Shown here: positions 37,615-50,392 of the stretch, piece by piece
Layout: every line of letters begins with the position of its first letter
Numbering within the stretch: the first letter of the stretch is position 1
NCBI GenBank assembly: GCA_002269645.1
Contig: NIVC01001696.1
Coordinates: 62,001 to 126,000 of the forward strand
Length of the DNA stretch: 64,000 nucleotides
Origin: Macrostomum lignano
Lineage: Eukaryota
Reading direction: 5' to 3'
Notes under the pieces: model-generated
Database searches by the model: none
Seen by the model: the letters and a program-made list of their open reading frames with translations, nothing else
Told to the model about the DNA's origin: nothing
Position numbers and translations under genes: made by a program

Positions 37615-37822
37615 TCTGAAGGCTGCGTACGGCTGTTCAGTCCAAGGACTGGGAGGTCGCCACACACCACCCTCAATTAGCTACCCCAGCTAATGCTGGC
37701 ACCCATTTTACAGCTGGGTGAACTGAAGCAATGCAGAGTTAAGTGTCTTGCTCAAGGACACAAATTGTTCCGAGTGCTTCGAGTCGTGAGTCCAAATCTC
37801 TAACCACTAGGTTACAACCCCC
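37615..37822 (+). mobile_element. SINE-like element copy 3 (5'-truncated, intact tail ...TAACCACTAGGTTACAACCCCC)
   Basis: High identity to copies 1, 2 and 4. Confidence 0.8.
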
Positions 37823-39292
37823 TTCCGATGTTAAGTTTTCAAGAAAAAATAACTTTCAGATGCCTACTGTAAAAAATTCTTTAATTACAGGGTTTTGACA
37901 AAACTGGTAGCTCACAGTTAGTGCTTAAAAGGTTGCTTTTCTGGGGAGCTTAAACAACTATTGTAATTAATATTATTGAGAAGCTATAATTCACCCCTGT
38001 AAAAAGCCCATGGCAAGTCAAAGAAGCCAGTGAAATGTTATTAAAATCATAGTCCTGAGATTGACTGCAGACTTTCTAAACTACACTTACGCTCGTAATA
38101 GATTGCCCACTGACTCCAACAGCTTCTTTGTTTCTGGGCAGTTGCCTGCGTTAATCTGCATGTTTGCTAGGATTCGTGGAATAAGTGTATAATTAGTTCA
38201 GAAAAGTTGAGTCCCCAAAATTCTGCAAACCTGCAAAAAAAGCCAATCAGTCTAAGCAGGAATCTGAGCCTTTTTTCGTTCGTAGACACGATAGAGTAAT
38301 AAAATACTTCACTTTCACAGCCAAGGCACACAGTGTACATGCCTGATAGGATTAGAAAGTCAGGGCATGGTAAAACATCTTTACTTGTGAGCTTTTGAAG
38401 TGATCGAACCATTGTACTGTATATCAGCCTTCAATAAAACATCCAGTATCTTTCTTACACCTCATTTCTGTTAAAACAACTGAAAAAATCATTCGATCTT
38501 TCTGACAAATTTCAGCAGGCATTCTGTTACAAAGGGTTCCAGAGTCGGTTGTAATTTCAACTCCAAACTCTAAGCACAAAATTTTACGCAACTCAGCAGT
38601 CATAAATCTTTCAATTTCGGATCAATGCTCACGGCCTCACAGCACAGACTAGGACAGGCGGGTCGGTCTGACTTGGCCTACTGCATGCAATCATCAGGAT
38701 AATCCTACTAATCTAGTGTATAGTCACACAGGTAAGCCAAAAAGGCACACAAGAAATGCAATGTGAGTTCTGTGCTCCCGGTTCACAGGAAATTAAAGCT
38801 TATGGGAAACTGAGCCGCCTTGTCTGCTCGGCTGCGGGCTGCGAATTGAAAGGAAGCTCAACCGAAATTCATTTTCTTTGACTATTGTATAATTCCTGCT
38901 TTTCTCATTCGTTTTAGCTTCACCAAACTCAAACTGGAACCCTCATTAGTTGAATAAAAGAGAATTAGGAAGCATAAAAAAGCATTAATTTTCAATGAAA
39001 CGGCTTTGGAATGAATGTCAACAAGTAACATTATTCGATTGTTAACACTGAAAAATTGCAGTGAAAGTTAATTTTGTAAATAAGGAAGAGAGCTCGTCAG
39101 TTACATCCGGATAGGATCAATACTGACTCAGCAGGCACCCCGATTACAAAGAGTTTAATCTGAGCAACTAGATTGTTCTTTGAGTCAGTTTTTGAATCGA
39201 TTATTAAGATTCAGGTCATTTTTTATAAAGAAGCTCAAATGATTGCATTTGTCAATTTAGTGGGCTTCGAAAAGAAAGCCACACCCAATCTT

Positions 39293-39815
39293 CAGAATCT
39301 CACCCTGGAGAATCTCACCATGGAGAATCTTACCTTGGAGAATCTTACCCTGGAAAATCTCACCTTGGAGAATATCACCCCTTAGGATTACACACTGGAG
39401 AATATCACCCTATAGAATCTCACCTTGGAGAATCTCCCCATCGAGAATCTCACCCAGAAGAATCTCATACTGGAGAATCTCACCTTGGAGAATCTCACCT
39501 TGGAGAATCTCACCTTGGAGAATCTCACCTTGGAGAATCTCACCTTGGAGAATCTCACCTCGGAGAATCTCCCCATGGAGAATCTTACCCTGGATATTCT
39601 CATCTTGGAGAATATCACCTAGGAGAATCACACACTGGAGAATCCCACCTAAGAGAATCTCACCTTGGAGAGTCTCACCTTGGAGAATCTCACTCCGGAG
39701 AATGTCACCTAGGAGAATTTTACCCTGAAAAATCTTAACTTGTAAAATCTCATCCTAGAGAATCTCACCCAGGAGAATCTCACCCTTGAGAATCTCACCC
39801 TTGAGAAACTCAACC
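39293..39815 (+). repeat. 15-bp minisatellite (GGAGAATCTCACCYT)n, array A
   Basis: Seen directly. Confidence 0.95.
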
Positions 39816-40045
39816 TCTGACATCCGGTAGCGGTAGACATCCGCTGAGCTGTTCGATGAGACGTGAAGCGACCAATAGCAGCTGCTCAAGGAATAATTAA
39901 TTAGCAGGAAACGATCCAATGTCTGAATTCGGCTCTAAAAAGCACTGACTATATATAACATGCGATGCTCCGCCCGGCCCCGCCTTGCTGCTTTTTTGTT
40001 TTCTATAGCATAAAAAAAGATTGACTGAACTCGCCTTCTGTCGAT

Positions 40046-40780
40046 ATGGATTTCAACTCGACTGAAAGAGACAATCAGTCAGCTAACAGCTCAGTGATTG
40101 GAGAGTTCCCCAGTTACATGCTAACTCTGATGGGCTCACTGCACTACTTAAACTTGTCCACGATGATTGCCGGCGTAGCAACTAATTCAGTGAACTTTTT
40201 GGTCTTCTTCTGTCAGCCGGTCCGACGGCACTACTTGTCGTTGAGTCTCAGAGTGCTGTCTCTGAGCAGTCTATGCCTACTGCTGCTCACCCTGGCTCTG
40301 AACAACAGCAGCATTCAAAACTACTCCGAGGGCGCTTGCGTGGCAGTTCACTACGCGCTGAGCCTGGCTACAACGCTTGGGCCTTGGACGCTGGTGTCAA
40401 TCACCGTCGACAGGCTGATGTTCCTCATCAATCCTGGCGTCGCTGGTGCCGCTGCAGCCGACGTCGCCATGGGTCGGCAATCTGGACGTCGGGCAAATCT
40501 CGCCCTCCTGGCTGTATTGTTGGCCTGCGCTCTCTGGAGCCTGCACACTCTGTGGCTGGTCAGCTTCGGCCTGAATGTGCTCGGCAATGGAGACGAGACT
40601 CTGGTCTGCGTCTCCCAGAGCAGCAATCGCGCTCTCATAGTGGCTGACAGTGTGTTGGCCTCGTTTCTGCCCGGCTTTCTGCTCACCCTGCTAAACGTCA
40701 TCATTCTGTGCCGGATCAACAGCCTGGTGAACACCGTGTGCCGCGGCAACGAACGAACCGGTGACGGATCGCTCGTGGAG
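40046..40780 (+). CDS. Class A (rhodopsin-like) peptide-type GPCR 1, exon 1 (TM1-TM5)
   Basis: N-glycosylation-rich N-terminus; GVATNSVN (TM1); C...GPWTLVSITVDRL (TM3); SFLPGFLLTLLNVIIL (TM5). Donor GAG|GT at 40781, phase 0. Confidence 0.88.
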
Positions 40781-41040
40781 GTGAAGACTCCTTGGGGAAT
40801 TCTGTTTTTGAGGGACCAAGTGCATGGGAGTTTGACCTCATGATGGATTAGGTCTCACTGGTTACTGGCTACAAATTTAGGATTTAATCAGCAGAAGATG
40901 TGGGAAAAGAATTTATTGATAGAAGGCAATCAGTGTTACACAACCGAGCTGATACATTTTTATACAATGTACTACAATTTGCTTGCATCTTGAAATTCCT
41001 TAACTTCTAAAATCTAGATGTGCGCATTACCTGATGATAG

Positions 41041-41250
41041 TATAATTGATTACACCTGAGCCCCAATTGGGCCAGATATGCAACCGACAGCTCAGCCGCA
41101 GCTATTTGCGTTCAGTCTGTTCAGTCCAAGGACTGGGGGGGGGGTCGCCACACACACCCTCAGTTACCTCAGCTAATGCTGGCACCCATTTTACAGTTGG
41201 GTGAACTGAAGCAATGCAGAGTTCAGTGTCTTTATCAAAGACACAAATTG
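41041..41250 (+). mobile_element. SINE-like element copy 4, inside the GPCR 1 intron
   Basis: Same family core; partial. Confidence 0.75.
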
Positions 41251-41379
41251 TTGGTGATGATGCAAAGTCAGAAAAGGTGTACTGGCGCACCTGCTCTGCC
41301 ATCATGAAAATTATCATGCCAATTTTCTACTCCAACACTTCAGGAATCAAACAGCCAACAAACCCTTCCGCTCTTCCAG

Positions 41380-42027
41380 CTGGAACACCTGGACTCCGGT
41401 GCAGGTGGCGGGACCAGCGGTGGCACCAGCGAATCGCTCGCGCCAGCACCTCGCTACTCAGTCCGATTTTGCACAGGCCGCCGAAGCGAGACCACAAATT
41501 GTCCGATCGCCGACCGCGCAACTGCTACTAGAAGACGACTTTGCTGCGGAGACGGCGCCTGTTGCTGCTGCGGTTGCCAGGCAAATCAACCACGAAGTCT
41601 CCAACAGACGCATCAACAACAGCGTCGGCAGCTTTCGCCTGGACGCAGCCGCTCCTGTTCGGCCATGGTTCCCGCTGCTCGAGCGCATTTAACGCCGCCG
41701 CAACCACAGCAACAGGGCCAGTACCAGCAGACTGAGCTGTTCAAGCACCAGTGCCAGTTAACCAAAATGCTCCTGGGCTATTGTATCGCCTATGTTGCCT
41801 TCAATTTCCCAAACTACCTGCTGGTTCTGTACGGTTTCGCGTCGTTCTCTCGGATTGAGTGGCAGTCGCAGTTTACCTATTTTGTTTTTAACGCAACGAG
41901 AGCTGGCGCCCTGTGGTTCTACTATTTGCACTTCGCCACTAACAGTCTGATCTACGCTTACGCTTACCGGCATTACAGGCGCGCGTTTATTAACCTGTGC
42001 AAGCGGTTCATCTTCTGCCGCAGATAA
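41380..42027 (+). CDS. GPCR 1 exon 2 (long ICL3, TM6, TM7)
   Basis: Acceptor ctcttccag|CTG. Open for 95 codons into the 41665 ORF: QLTKMLLGYCIAYVAFNFPNY (TM6), LHFATNSLIYAY (TM7). Total about 460 aa. Confidence 0.85.
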   Translation: MEHLDSGAGGGTSGGTSESLAPAPRYSVRFCTGRRSETTNCPIADRATATRRRLCCGDGACCCCGCQANQPRSLQQTHQQQRRQLSPGRSRSCSAMVPAARAHLTPPQPQQQGQYQQTELFKHQCQLTKMLLGYCIAYVAFNFPNYLLVLYGFASFSRIEWQSQFTYFVFNATRAGALWFYYLHFATNSLIYAYAYRHYRRAFINLCKRFIFCRR

Positions 42028-43489
42028 TGACGCGATATGGTCGCAAACAACAACTCGAGTAGAATTGGACTTGCACCCGTATACCCATTTTTGCTGTAAA
42101 ATAAGTGAGATAGATAGGAATTTTTCAAGTACTTCTGCTAATACTGACTACTCGCAATCAGCGCCCCCGTCCATGATCAAAGACACGATCTGGAACTTGG
42201 GCAGTGAATGGTATAAAAAGGCCATCGTTCATAACGTTGACCTCGACAAAAATACTGGAATAGACCACAAAAAAACTATTATAGCACCTAAATCAACGAC
42301 CTTGAGACCTTGCTGTAGGTTATTGTCCTTTCAGCTAGCCATCATTGCTTTAAGAATATGTATTGTTTATCTCTAATATATCGGCACACCAAATATTTTT
42401 AATTTCATTTGCACTGTACATGTTTTTAAATCAGTAGACAGTATCTAATTATATTATTTGTTTTAGTATTAAATGTTTTAATTAGTATTTTTAGCTACTC
42501 TCCTCGATTCCCTCATCTCCTTCTTTGTATTTTTGTTCCTTCAATAATAAGATTTATTTAAAAGCTCGACATTGTGAATTCATAAATATCGCATTATGAT
42601 TGTTTGAAATCCTGTACTCGTAGGTGGACCTCGAAATTAAAATAGAGAATGAACTCATCAAATTAATGAATGAAAAAGCAGATCTTCATGACAAGTATTG
42701 AAAGTAAGAACGATAATTTTAATGTAGTAACGAGAATAAAATTTGTTAAAATTTAGCTAATAGAAAATCTGCGTATGGAACCCACAATTTTTAACAAACT
42801 TTTTAATCGTAGCTATTCTGCTTTTGTTGGTAAATATCTTCGAAATACAACTTGATTGAAACGGAGAAGTTTGACTTTGACAATTGCTGTTTGACTCAAA
42901 AACGCAGTTTTTTAAGGCTTGAAGAGAAACGCAAAAACGTGTTTTTAAATAGCTATCTCTCTATCTATTGAAGTACAAAAAGAACTCGTAAAAAGTTGAC
43001 TTGCCCCAGAAGGTCGGTTGACTCGCGTGTTAAAGCTTGTTTCACTTGGTGAATTATGATGACATTTAGTGTTAGAGCAGCACCACACTAGCTACTGCAA
43101 ACAAGTAGCTAATAAAGGATGATTAAAATTTATTTATCAGTTGGTACAACTTTCGAAAAACAAACTCTTGGCTCTGATAAAATCCAGTCTGTACTAAGAA
43201 CTCGTTTTTAAAAAACCCCTTAACTGAGAAAAAATCCCCCCAAAACGAAAATACTATACAAATAATATAAAATCTAAAATTTGAGAACCTCACTGTAAAT
43301 AATTTTCTCACTTTCGAGAGTCTCATCCTCCCTCAGACTCGCTCATCTTGAAAGAATCTCTCTTAAAAAAACTTAAATTCTGAGAACATTCACCATTGTC
43401 GAGTGTCACTCAGATGAGTATCCTTTATTAAAAATTCTTACCTAAGAAATTCACCCTGGTGAATCTCCACCCTGGTCTGAAAAATCTCA

Positions 43490-44040
43490 TCCTAGAGAAT
43501 CTCACCCTGAAGAATATTAGCCATAACAAAATACTCACACTGTAAAATTTCACTGTGGAGAATCTCACTCAGGAGAATCTCACCCTGGAGAATCTCACCA
43601 TGGAGAATCTCCTCCCCCTGGATAATCTCACCATTGAAGATCTCACCATGGAGAATCTCCTCCCCCTGGATAATCTCACCATTGAAGATCTCACCATGGA
43701 GAATCTCCTCGCCCTAGATAATCTCACCATTGAGAATCTCACCGTGGAGAAATCTCACCCTGGATAATCTCACATTGGAGAATCTCACCCTGTAGAATTT
43801 CATTCTGGAGAATTTCACTCAGGAGAATCTCACACTGGAGAATCTCACCCTGGATAATCTCACCCTGGATAATCTCACCCTGGATAATCTCACCCTGGAT
43901 AATCTCACATTGGAGAATCTCACCATGTAGAATTTCATTCTGGAGAATTTCACTCAGGAGAATCTCACATTGGAGAATCTCACCCTGGAGAGACTCAACC
44001 TGGGGAGTCTCACCCTGGATAATCTCACCTTGGATATCCA
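43490..44040 (+). repeat. 15-bp minisatellite (GGAGAATCTCACC..)n, array B, with degenerate lead-in from about 43280
   Basis: Same unit as array A, with longer-period variants. Confidence 0.93.
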
Positions 44041-44699
44041 TCTGTGTCTCAGTAGTGTCTCATCCTGTACGCTTGTAGAATATTAAACGAATATATTTCA
44101 TAGTTTTTTAGCTATCACCAGGGCTAGAAAAAACCATTTTGGGGTTAGAATTTGAATTCTAATTAATTTGGGACATGTTTTTTTAGGTCGGATTAGGCTG
44201 AGAGTCTGTAGAGCGTGGCATGAATACAAATTGTCACAGGACTGTGATTGCACCGTCACATTCCCCATGCCAACCCACCAATGACTTGAATGCCAATTGA
44301 TGCATCTGAAATATTCAGCCTATATAATTTTAGCTTTAGCGTAACGGAGTCTTGTTAGACTTATGCACTCTTGGTGGGAATAGGAGTTTCTTGGACTGAA
44401 TTATATAATATTAATAAAAATAACAGTAATAGTAGTATTATTACTATTACTGTTACTATTACTATTATAAATGATATTAGTAATACTATTAGCAGGAGGG
44501 CTGTAGCCATACTTGCGCAACGACTTTTTGTGCAAGTTTATTGTTCCACAACCCGCACTGAGGCAATTCTGCCGCACTCGCACGCACACATGCACACAGA
44601 TCAATTTCTGTTCACAAGCCTAGAAATGAATGTGGCTGCGCACGAACCAGGGGTCGTGAAGGATGAGTCAGACCGCTGAGCTTCTCTCCTCGAATGTGT

Positions 44700-45285
44700 T
44701 GAGGAGGAGAGACAGAGGGTATAGAGATGGAGAGACAGAGGGTATAAGGAGAGAGACAGAGGGTACAGAGGGGAGAGACAGAGGATATAGAGGGGAGAGA
44801 AAGAGGGTATAGAGGGGGAGAGACAGAGGATAGAGAGGGGAGAGAAAGAGGGTATAGAGGGGGAGAGACAGAGGGTATAGAGGGGAGAGACAGAGGGTAT
44901 AGAGGGGGAGAGACAGAGGATAGAGAGGGGAGAGAAAGAGGGTATAGAGGGGGAGAGACAGAGGATAGAGAGGGGAGAGAAAGAGGGTATAGAGGGGGAG
45001 AGACAGAGGATAGAGAGGGGAGAGACGAGGGTATAGAGGGGGAGAGACAAAGGATAGAGGGGGAGAGACAGAGGGTATAGAGGGGAGAGACAGAGGGTAT
45101 AGAGGGGGAGAGACAAAGGATAGAGAGGGGATAGACAGAGGGTATAGAGGGGGAGAGACAGAGGGTATAGAGGGGGAGAGACAGAGGGTATAGAGGGGAA
45201 GAGAAGGAGGGTATAGAGGGGAAGAGACAGAGGGTATAGAGGGGGAGAGACGGAGGGTATAAAAGTTGGAGAGACAGGGTATATA
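44700..45285 (+). repeat. AG-rich 21-23-bp repeat (AGAGACAGAGGGTATAGAGGGGG)
   Basis: Seen directly. Confidence 0.93.
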
Positions 45286-46800
45286 AAAATAATCCTAAGA
45301 TAATAATACTAAGATACCAAAAATTAATTTTTATGGAACTTATAAGTCCTACTGCCGCTTCAAAGGCCAAATTTATGACTATATAGTCTTATTATTATGA
45401 GCAAGCATTTCTGTGCATGTGAAGCATTTCTTTGAAACAAAACACACGCATACACAATTTAGCCCACAATTTTTTTCATATTTGGAAATGCATTAATCAT
45501 TTGAGTTAAAAAAAGATCCACGGGCTGCGGAGAACCAGGAAGAAACACAATTAATCAAATTCTTTTGAGAACATTTATTGTACGGTAGAATTTGTAAATT
45601 TGCTCATTCTCCCCTCCCTCAAGGTTGCCTGAGCTGGTACAGTTTTTTCTTTTACAATTGAAGTAAGCTATACCGGGCAGCTGAAAATTCATTTACAATG
45701 CATTGGCTGGTGGAGTATGCACACACACTGTAGCTGGGTATGGCCGATCAGTTTGTACATGTATAAGCTGATATTTTAGTGGGCTGAAAACCCCTTGCCC
45801 CGAGGGTCGTGAAAAGCTATAGTGGTAGCTAAGGCTCACGAATGCTACTTGAGAGGGAATTGTCATTTGATTCTGAACCACTTAGTACGACCTCAAACAA
45901 CATCAAACCGCTCCGCTCTCTATCTGTCATTCTCTTTCGGAACTTCTGAGAACAAGGAGCTGATCCTTCCTCTGAATACTCAGCCTCAAACAGACTCAAA
46001 AGCGGGCACTGGACTGGGGCCGTTGGATCAGCTGCTTCGGGACCAGTACGTGGGATTTTCTTTGCCAAATTACGGTGTACAAAGCAGTTCTTCTTCCAAG
46101 CACTTCTAAGCGCAATATGAGGTTTGCGTTAAACCTGGTGACGCAACGACTTTTGGCGACATCGTTCCACAGATACCGCTGACGGCAAATCTGCCCATTC
46201 CGATGGCTCCTGAGCACATGCAAGCGCGCCAATGCTGTACGTGCGGAACTCATACGCACGCTCGCCTTGATCTCTTTAATATAATTTGGGACCATATATC
46301 TTTCATACTGTAGAGTATGTTCGCATAAGATCAATGGTTGAGACACAAATAATCTTTATCAATGTTTTCATTGCATCTCGGACCATCTGGTATTAGTTCT
46401 GGGCAATGTATTCTGTCTGTCGACCAACTGACTCCATCGGACGCCTTAGATTAGGCGCACAGATAAGCCCCGAAACCCACACTTCTGTATTAGATAGATT
46501 CCAGGGAACCAGGGACTATGAAGACGGGTAGTCACTGGTAGATCCGCCTCTCCTCCCAGCTCCATACTGACCAATGACAGAAGCTTTCCCTATAGAAATT
46601 TATTGCCTGCTTGAACTTCAGTCCAAATGTACAGTGCATTTAAAGGATTCAGGAGAGGAATGGTGTGTGTTTTCGCATGCGTGTAATATTTGCTTATATA
46701 TCCATAGCATTGGCGGTGTTATTCGCTATATTCTGCTAAAAAACTAATTCTATCGTCTTTCAGGCGAGTAACAGACAAGAAATATTAATATTGGCAAATC

Positions 46801-48009
46801 ATGGACTATAATTTCGCACCGATAAACTACACTACCATTTTCCCGAACGTGTCTCTAGAAGAAGAGTATGCTTCATTGAACAGTGAATTCTTGTATCTCA
46901 ACACTCGCTGGCTAAAGCACGCTACCATGGCTGCGGCTCTGCTCGGCATGGCAACCAACTTGGTGAATTTCTTCGTATTCTGGTGCGATCCGGTCCGCAG
47001 GCACTACCTGTCTGTTGGCCTGCGTCTGCTGTCAGCTAATGATTTCTTCCTGTTGTTGTTCTACTTCGCATTGAGCTACACCAACTTGCACGACTGGAGT
47101 TAATACACCTGTTTTATAACCAACTACCTGTACGGGTTGGTATCGATGCTCAGTCCTTGGCTGCTGGTTGTCATAACCATTGACCGCCTGCTGTTTCTCA
47201 GAGCTCCTAGCGGCTTGTCTGGCTGTCGAAAGAACGCCCACCGAGTTTGTTTGCTAATCAAACTCGCTGTCGCAGCGTCCATCTCCTGGAATTTGCACTG
47301 CCGTTGGACAGTACATTACAGTCAGCACATTGGCTACAACGATACGCTGCTGTGCGTGGCCACCGGTGTGGCTCACGCTAGGGCGTTTCAACTTGCCGAC
47401 GCTATAATTGTGTCCTTTGTACCTGGACTCATTCTGCTACTGCTCAACTGCCTGATCCTGTTTCGGGTCAGGCGCCTCGTTAGAAGCATTGTACGCGGCA
47501 GTTCCTTGTCGAGTCGGGCCTGCAGCAGCGGCGGTGTCAGGAGCAACTGTCCAGCCGCTATGGAGCTGATGGTGACAACGCCCACCACTGTTGGCAGCAG
47601 CAGCGATGGAAACCGCCGCGTGCTTCGGCCAGCGGAGTTGGCAGCCGATGGCATCCAGCAGTGCGGGCCGGAGCTGCGCAAGCACCAGTGCCAAATCACT
47701 CGAATGCTCATGGGTTTCTGCTTCGCTTATTTAGCTTTTAATCTGCCCAACTACTTGGCACTCAGCCTGGGCCAAGTGGCATTTGCAACTCTGAGTGAAG
47801 ATATGCAGCACATCTACGCTTACTACAATGTAATGCAACTGGCCGCCCAGCTGCTCTACATCCTGCACTTCAGCACCAACAGCCTCATCTATGCCTACGC
47901 TAACAAGCTGTTTCGCCAAGCGCTTTTCAATTTCAGTTCCTCAGTTTCCGATTTCCTGTTCTGTAAGAAATGCCTGCCTAATAGCGAGGACAGTCAGCGA
48001 ACCTTTTAG
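46801..48009 (+). pseudogene. Class A GPCR 2, intronless paralogue of GPCR 1 with a single in-frame TAA at 47101-47103
   Basis: ORFs 46801-47103 and 47137-48009 share one frame. The intervening codons read YTCFITNYLYG, including the TM3 Cys. Shared motifs: PVRRHYLS, DRL, KHQCQ.T.ML, HF.TNSLIYAYA. Confidence 0.82.
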
Positions 48010-48154
48010 ACTATGATAGTCATGAGCTTCCCAGCAGAATCTCACCTCGAGACAAATAATCGAACCAAAAGTGGAAGAGTGCAGAGGAGAAGTTTGCTAG
48101 ATTTTGAATGGCTCGAAAAACGATATCTTCTTCTAATATACTAAATCTAAGCTG

Positions 48155-48453
<299 letters not shown>

Positions 48454-49867
48454 GCGATAGATAATAGAAAAGACGGCTCAACCGATTTCCACCAAACTTG
48501 CACCATTCGATCAGAAATTTCTCCATGACGGTACATGGGTAGTGGCTAAGAAATTGCTCAATGCTAAAGGGATTAAATATTCGAAAAACTGTATTCTCCC
48601 TATCTAATTAGTGTATTTTTCTTGCAGTGAGAGCTCAATACGTCTATGGCCATAGACTAAACTTCAATTCTTGAGCTGATGCTATGAGTTATAAATAGCT
48701 ATACCTAGCTTATTAAATTGTAAAATTTATGAATATCTTCCTTTGTCTTCAACTTGAATTGTTTGAATCCGGAACTGATTGTTTTAATGTTTTTTGAGAT
48801 GTCAAGGCTTACTGGGAGCCTTGCTAAGATGTTATTGTCAAGGCGTGCAGCTGGGGGAATCGTTGAGATGCCAGGGCTTACTGGGAGCACTGGTCTATTC
48901 TTTAATATATTAGCAATATTTTCATTTTCCCTTTTGCACTCCCCGAACGGGCTGGATTGCTAGTACTCGTACTAATATAATCGCTGCAGAGCCAAACGCT
49001 CATTGCCTTTTGATGCCTTTAAAAATCTTTAAGTTTTATACAAATTTGAAAACAGATTTTCGGTCGTCAGACTATTCAAAGCTTTTTGAATATTTGCTTA
49101 TAGAAAACGTGGCTGATTATACATTTCCTGTTAAGCTCTTGTTGGTCTGCTGAATTCCTTTTATTGGAGAAAATGAAAAATCATCATCTGTATAGCGATC
49201 GATCTTAATTGTTCAAACTTAAAACAGAATTTTTGTTGTAACTTTGTTCAATTTCTAAGCATCCATATAAGTGCATATGTACTGAATTTTTCCTCATTTC
49301 AAAGGAGTACCAGTATCAATTTTAATAGGCTTTGTATTATATTCTGTGTTAACAACAAGTTTTACTTATTTTTACTTTCGGAAACAGTCTTGCCCCAACG
49401 ATACTTTGTTATACATGAGTGCGTGAGAGGTCAAGTCTTCAATCAGTCACTGGTGGTGTGTATGACAAGTGCACAAAAGTTCATACAAGTATTTCGAGCC
49501 AAGTTGCAAGTATGTGCCCAAGGTTCAATATATGGATGCAAGAGAGAATAACCACGCTAGGCCCAGAACTGCAAGTCATTTGTTTCGTTTTGCTTCACCG
49601 ATCTTTTAGACTAAATTGATGAGAAAATCAAGGCTAGAAACGTTTCGAGACAGAATTTCTAATTTACTTAACGAGGTCAGTAGCAAAGACTGATGGTGCT
49701 ACCAATGCTTGTATTGATTCCAAACTCTTCGCTATGACAGGTTCATAAATTTTGTCGAATGTTTTATTTCAAAGTGTTCATTTGATCGTCTCTCTGTAAA
49801 TTGATTTTGTTGGGCACCAACATCATCAATAATACAGCGCAACTTGGTGTCTATCCCAACGTCTCTT

Positions 49868-50392
49868 CCAGATGATCCAGGCACCTTACCGTCTATTCCA
49901 AATGATCCAGGCACTTTACCATCTATTCCAAATGATCCAGGCACCTTACCGTCTATTCCTAATGATCCAGGCACCTTACCGTCTATTCCAAATGATCCAG
50001 GCACCTTACCGTCTATTCCAAATGATCCAGGCACTTTACCGTCTATTCCAAATGATCCAGGCACTTTACCGTCTATTCCAAATGATCCAGGCACTTTACC
50101 GTCTATTCCAAATGATCCAGGCACTTTACCGTCTATTCCAAATGATCCAGGCACTTTACCGTCTATTCCAAATGATCCAGGCACTTTACCGTCTATTCCA
50201 AATGATCCAGGCACTTTACCGTCTATTCCTAATGATCCAGGCACTTTACCGTCTATTCCTAATGATCCAGGCACTTTACCGTCTATTCCTAATGATCTAG
50301 GCACTTTACCGTCTATTGCAAATGATCCAGGCACTTTACCATCTATTCCTAATGATCCAGGCACTTTACCGTCTATTCCAAATGATCCATGG
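49868..50392 (+). repeat. 30-bp minisatellite (CCAAATGATCCAGGCACTTTACCGTCTATT), about 17 copies; possibly coding (PNDPGTLPSI)
   Basis: Seen directly. Recurrent variants are synonymous in the + frame. Confidence 0.95.

Noticed and set aside
39173-44041. (LENLT)n / (GEILQ)n ORFs as pentapeptide-repeat proteins
   Set aside because: They derive from the 15-bp minisatellite, are interrupted by stops and frameshifts, and recur as non-coding arrays.
47101-47103. Programmed stop-codon readthrough or alternative genetic code for GPCR 2
   Set aside because: TAA is the least leaky stop, the context lacks known readthrough signals, and other genes here end with TAA normally.
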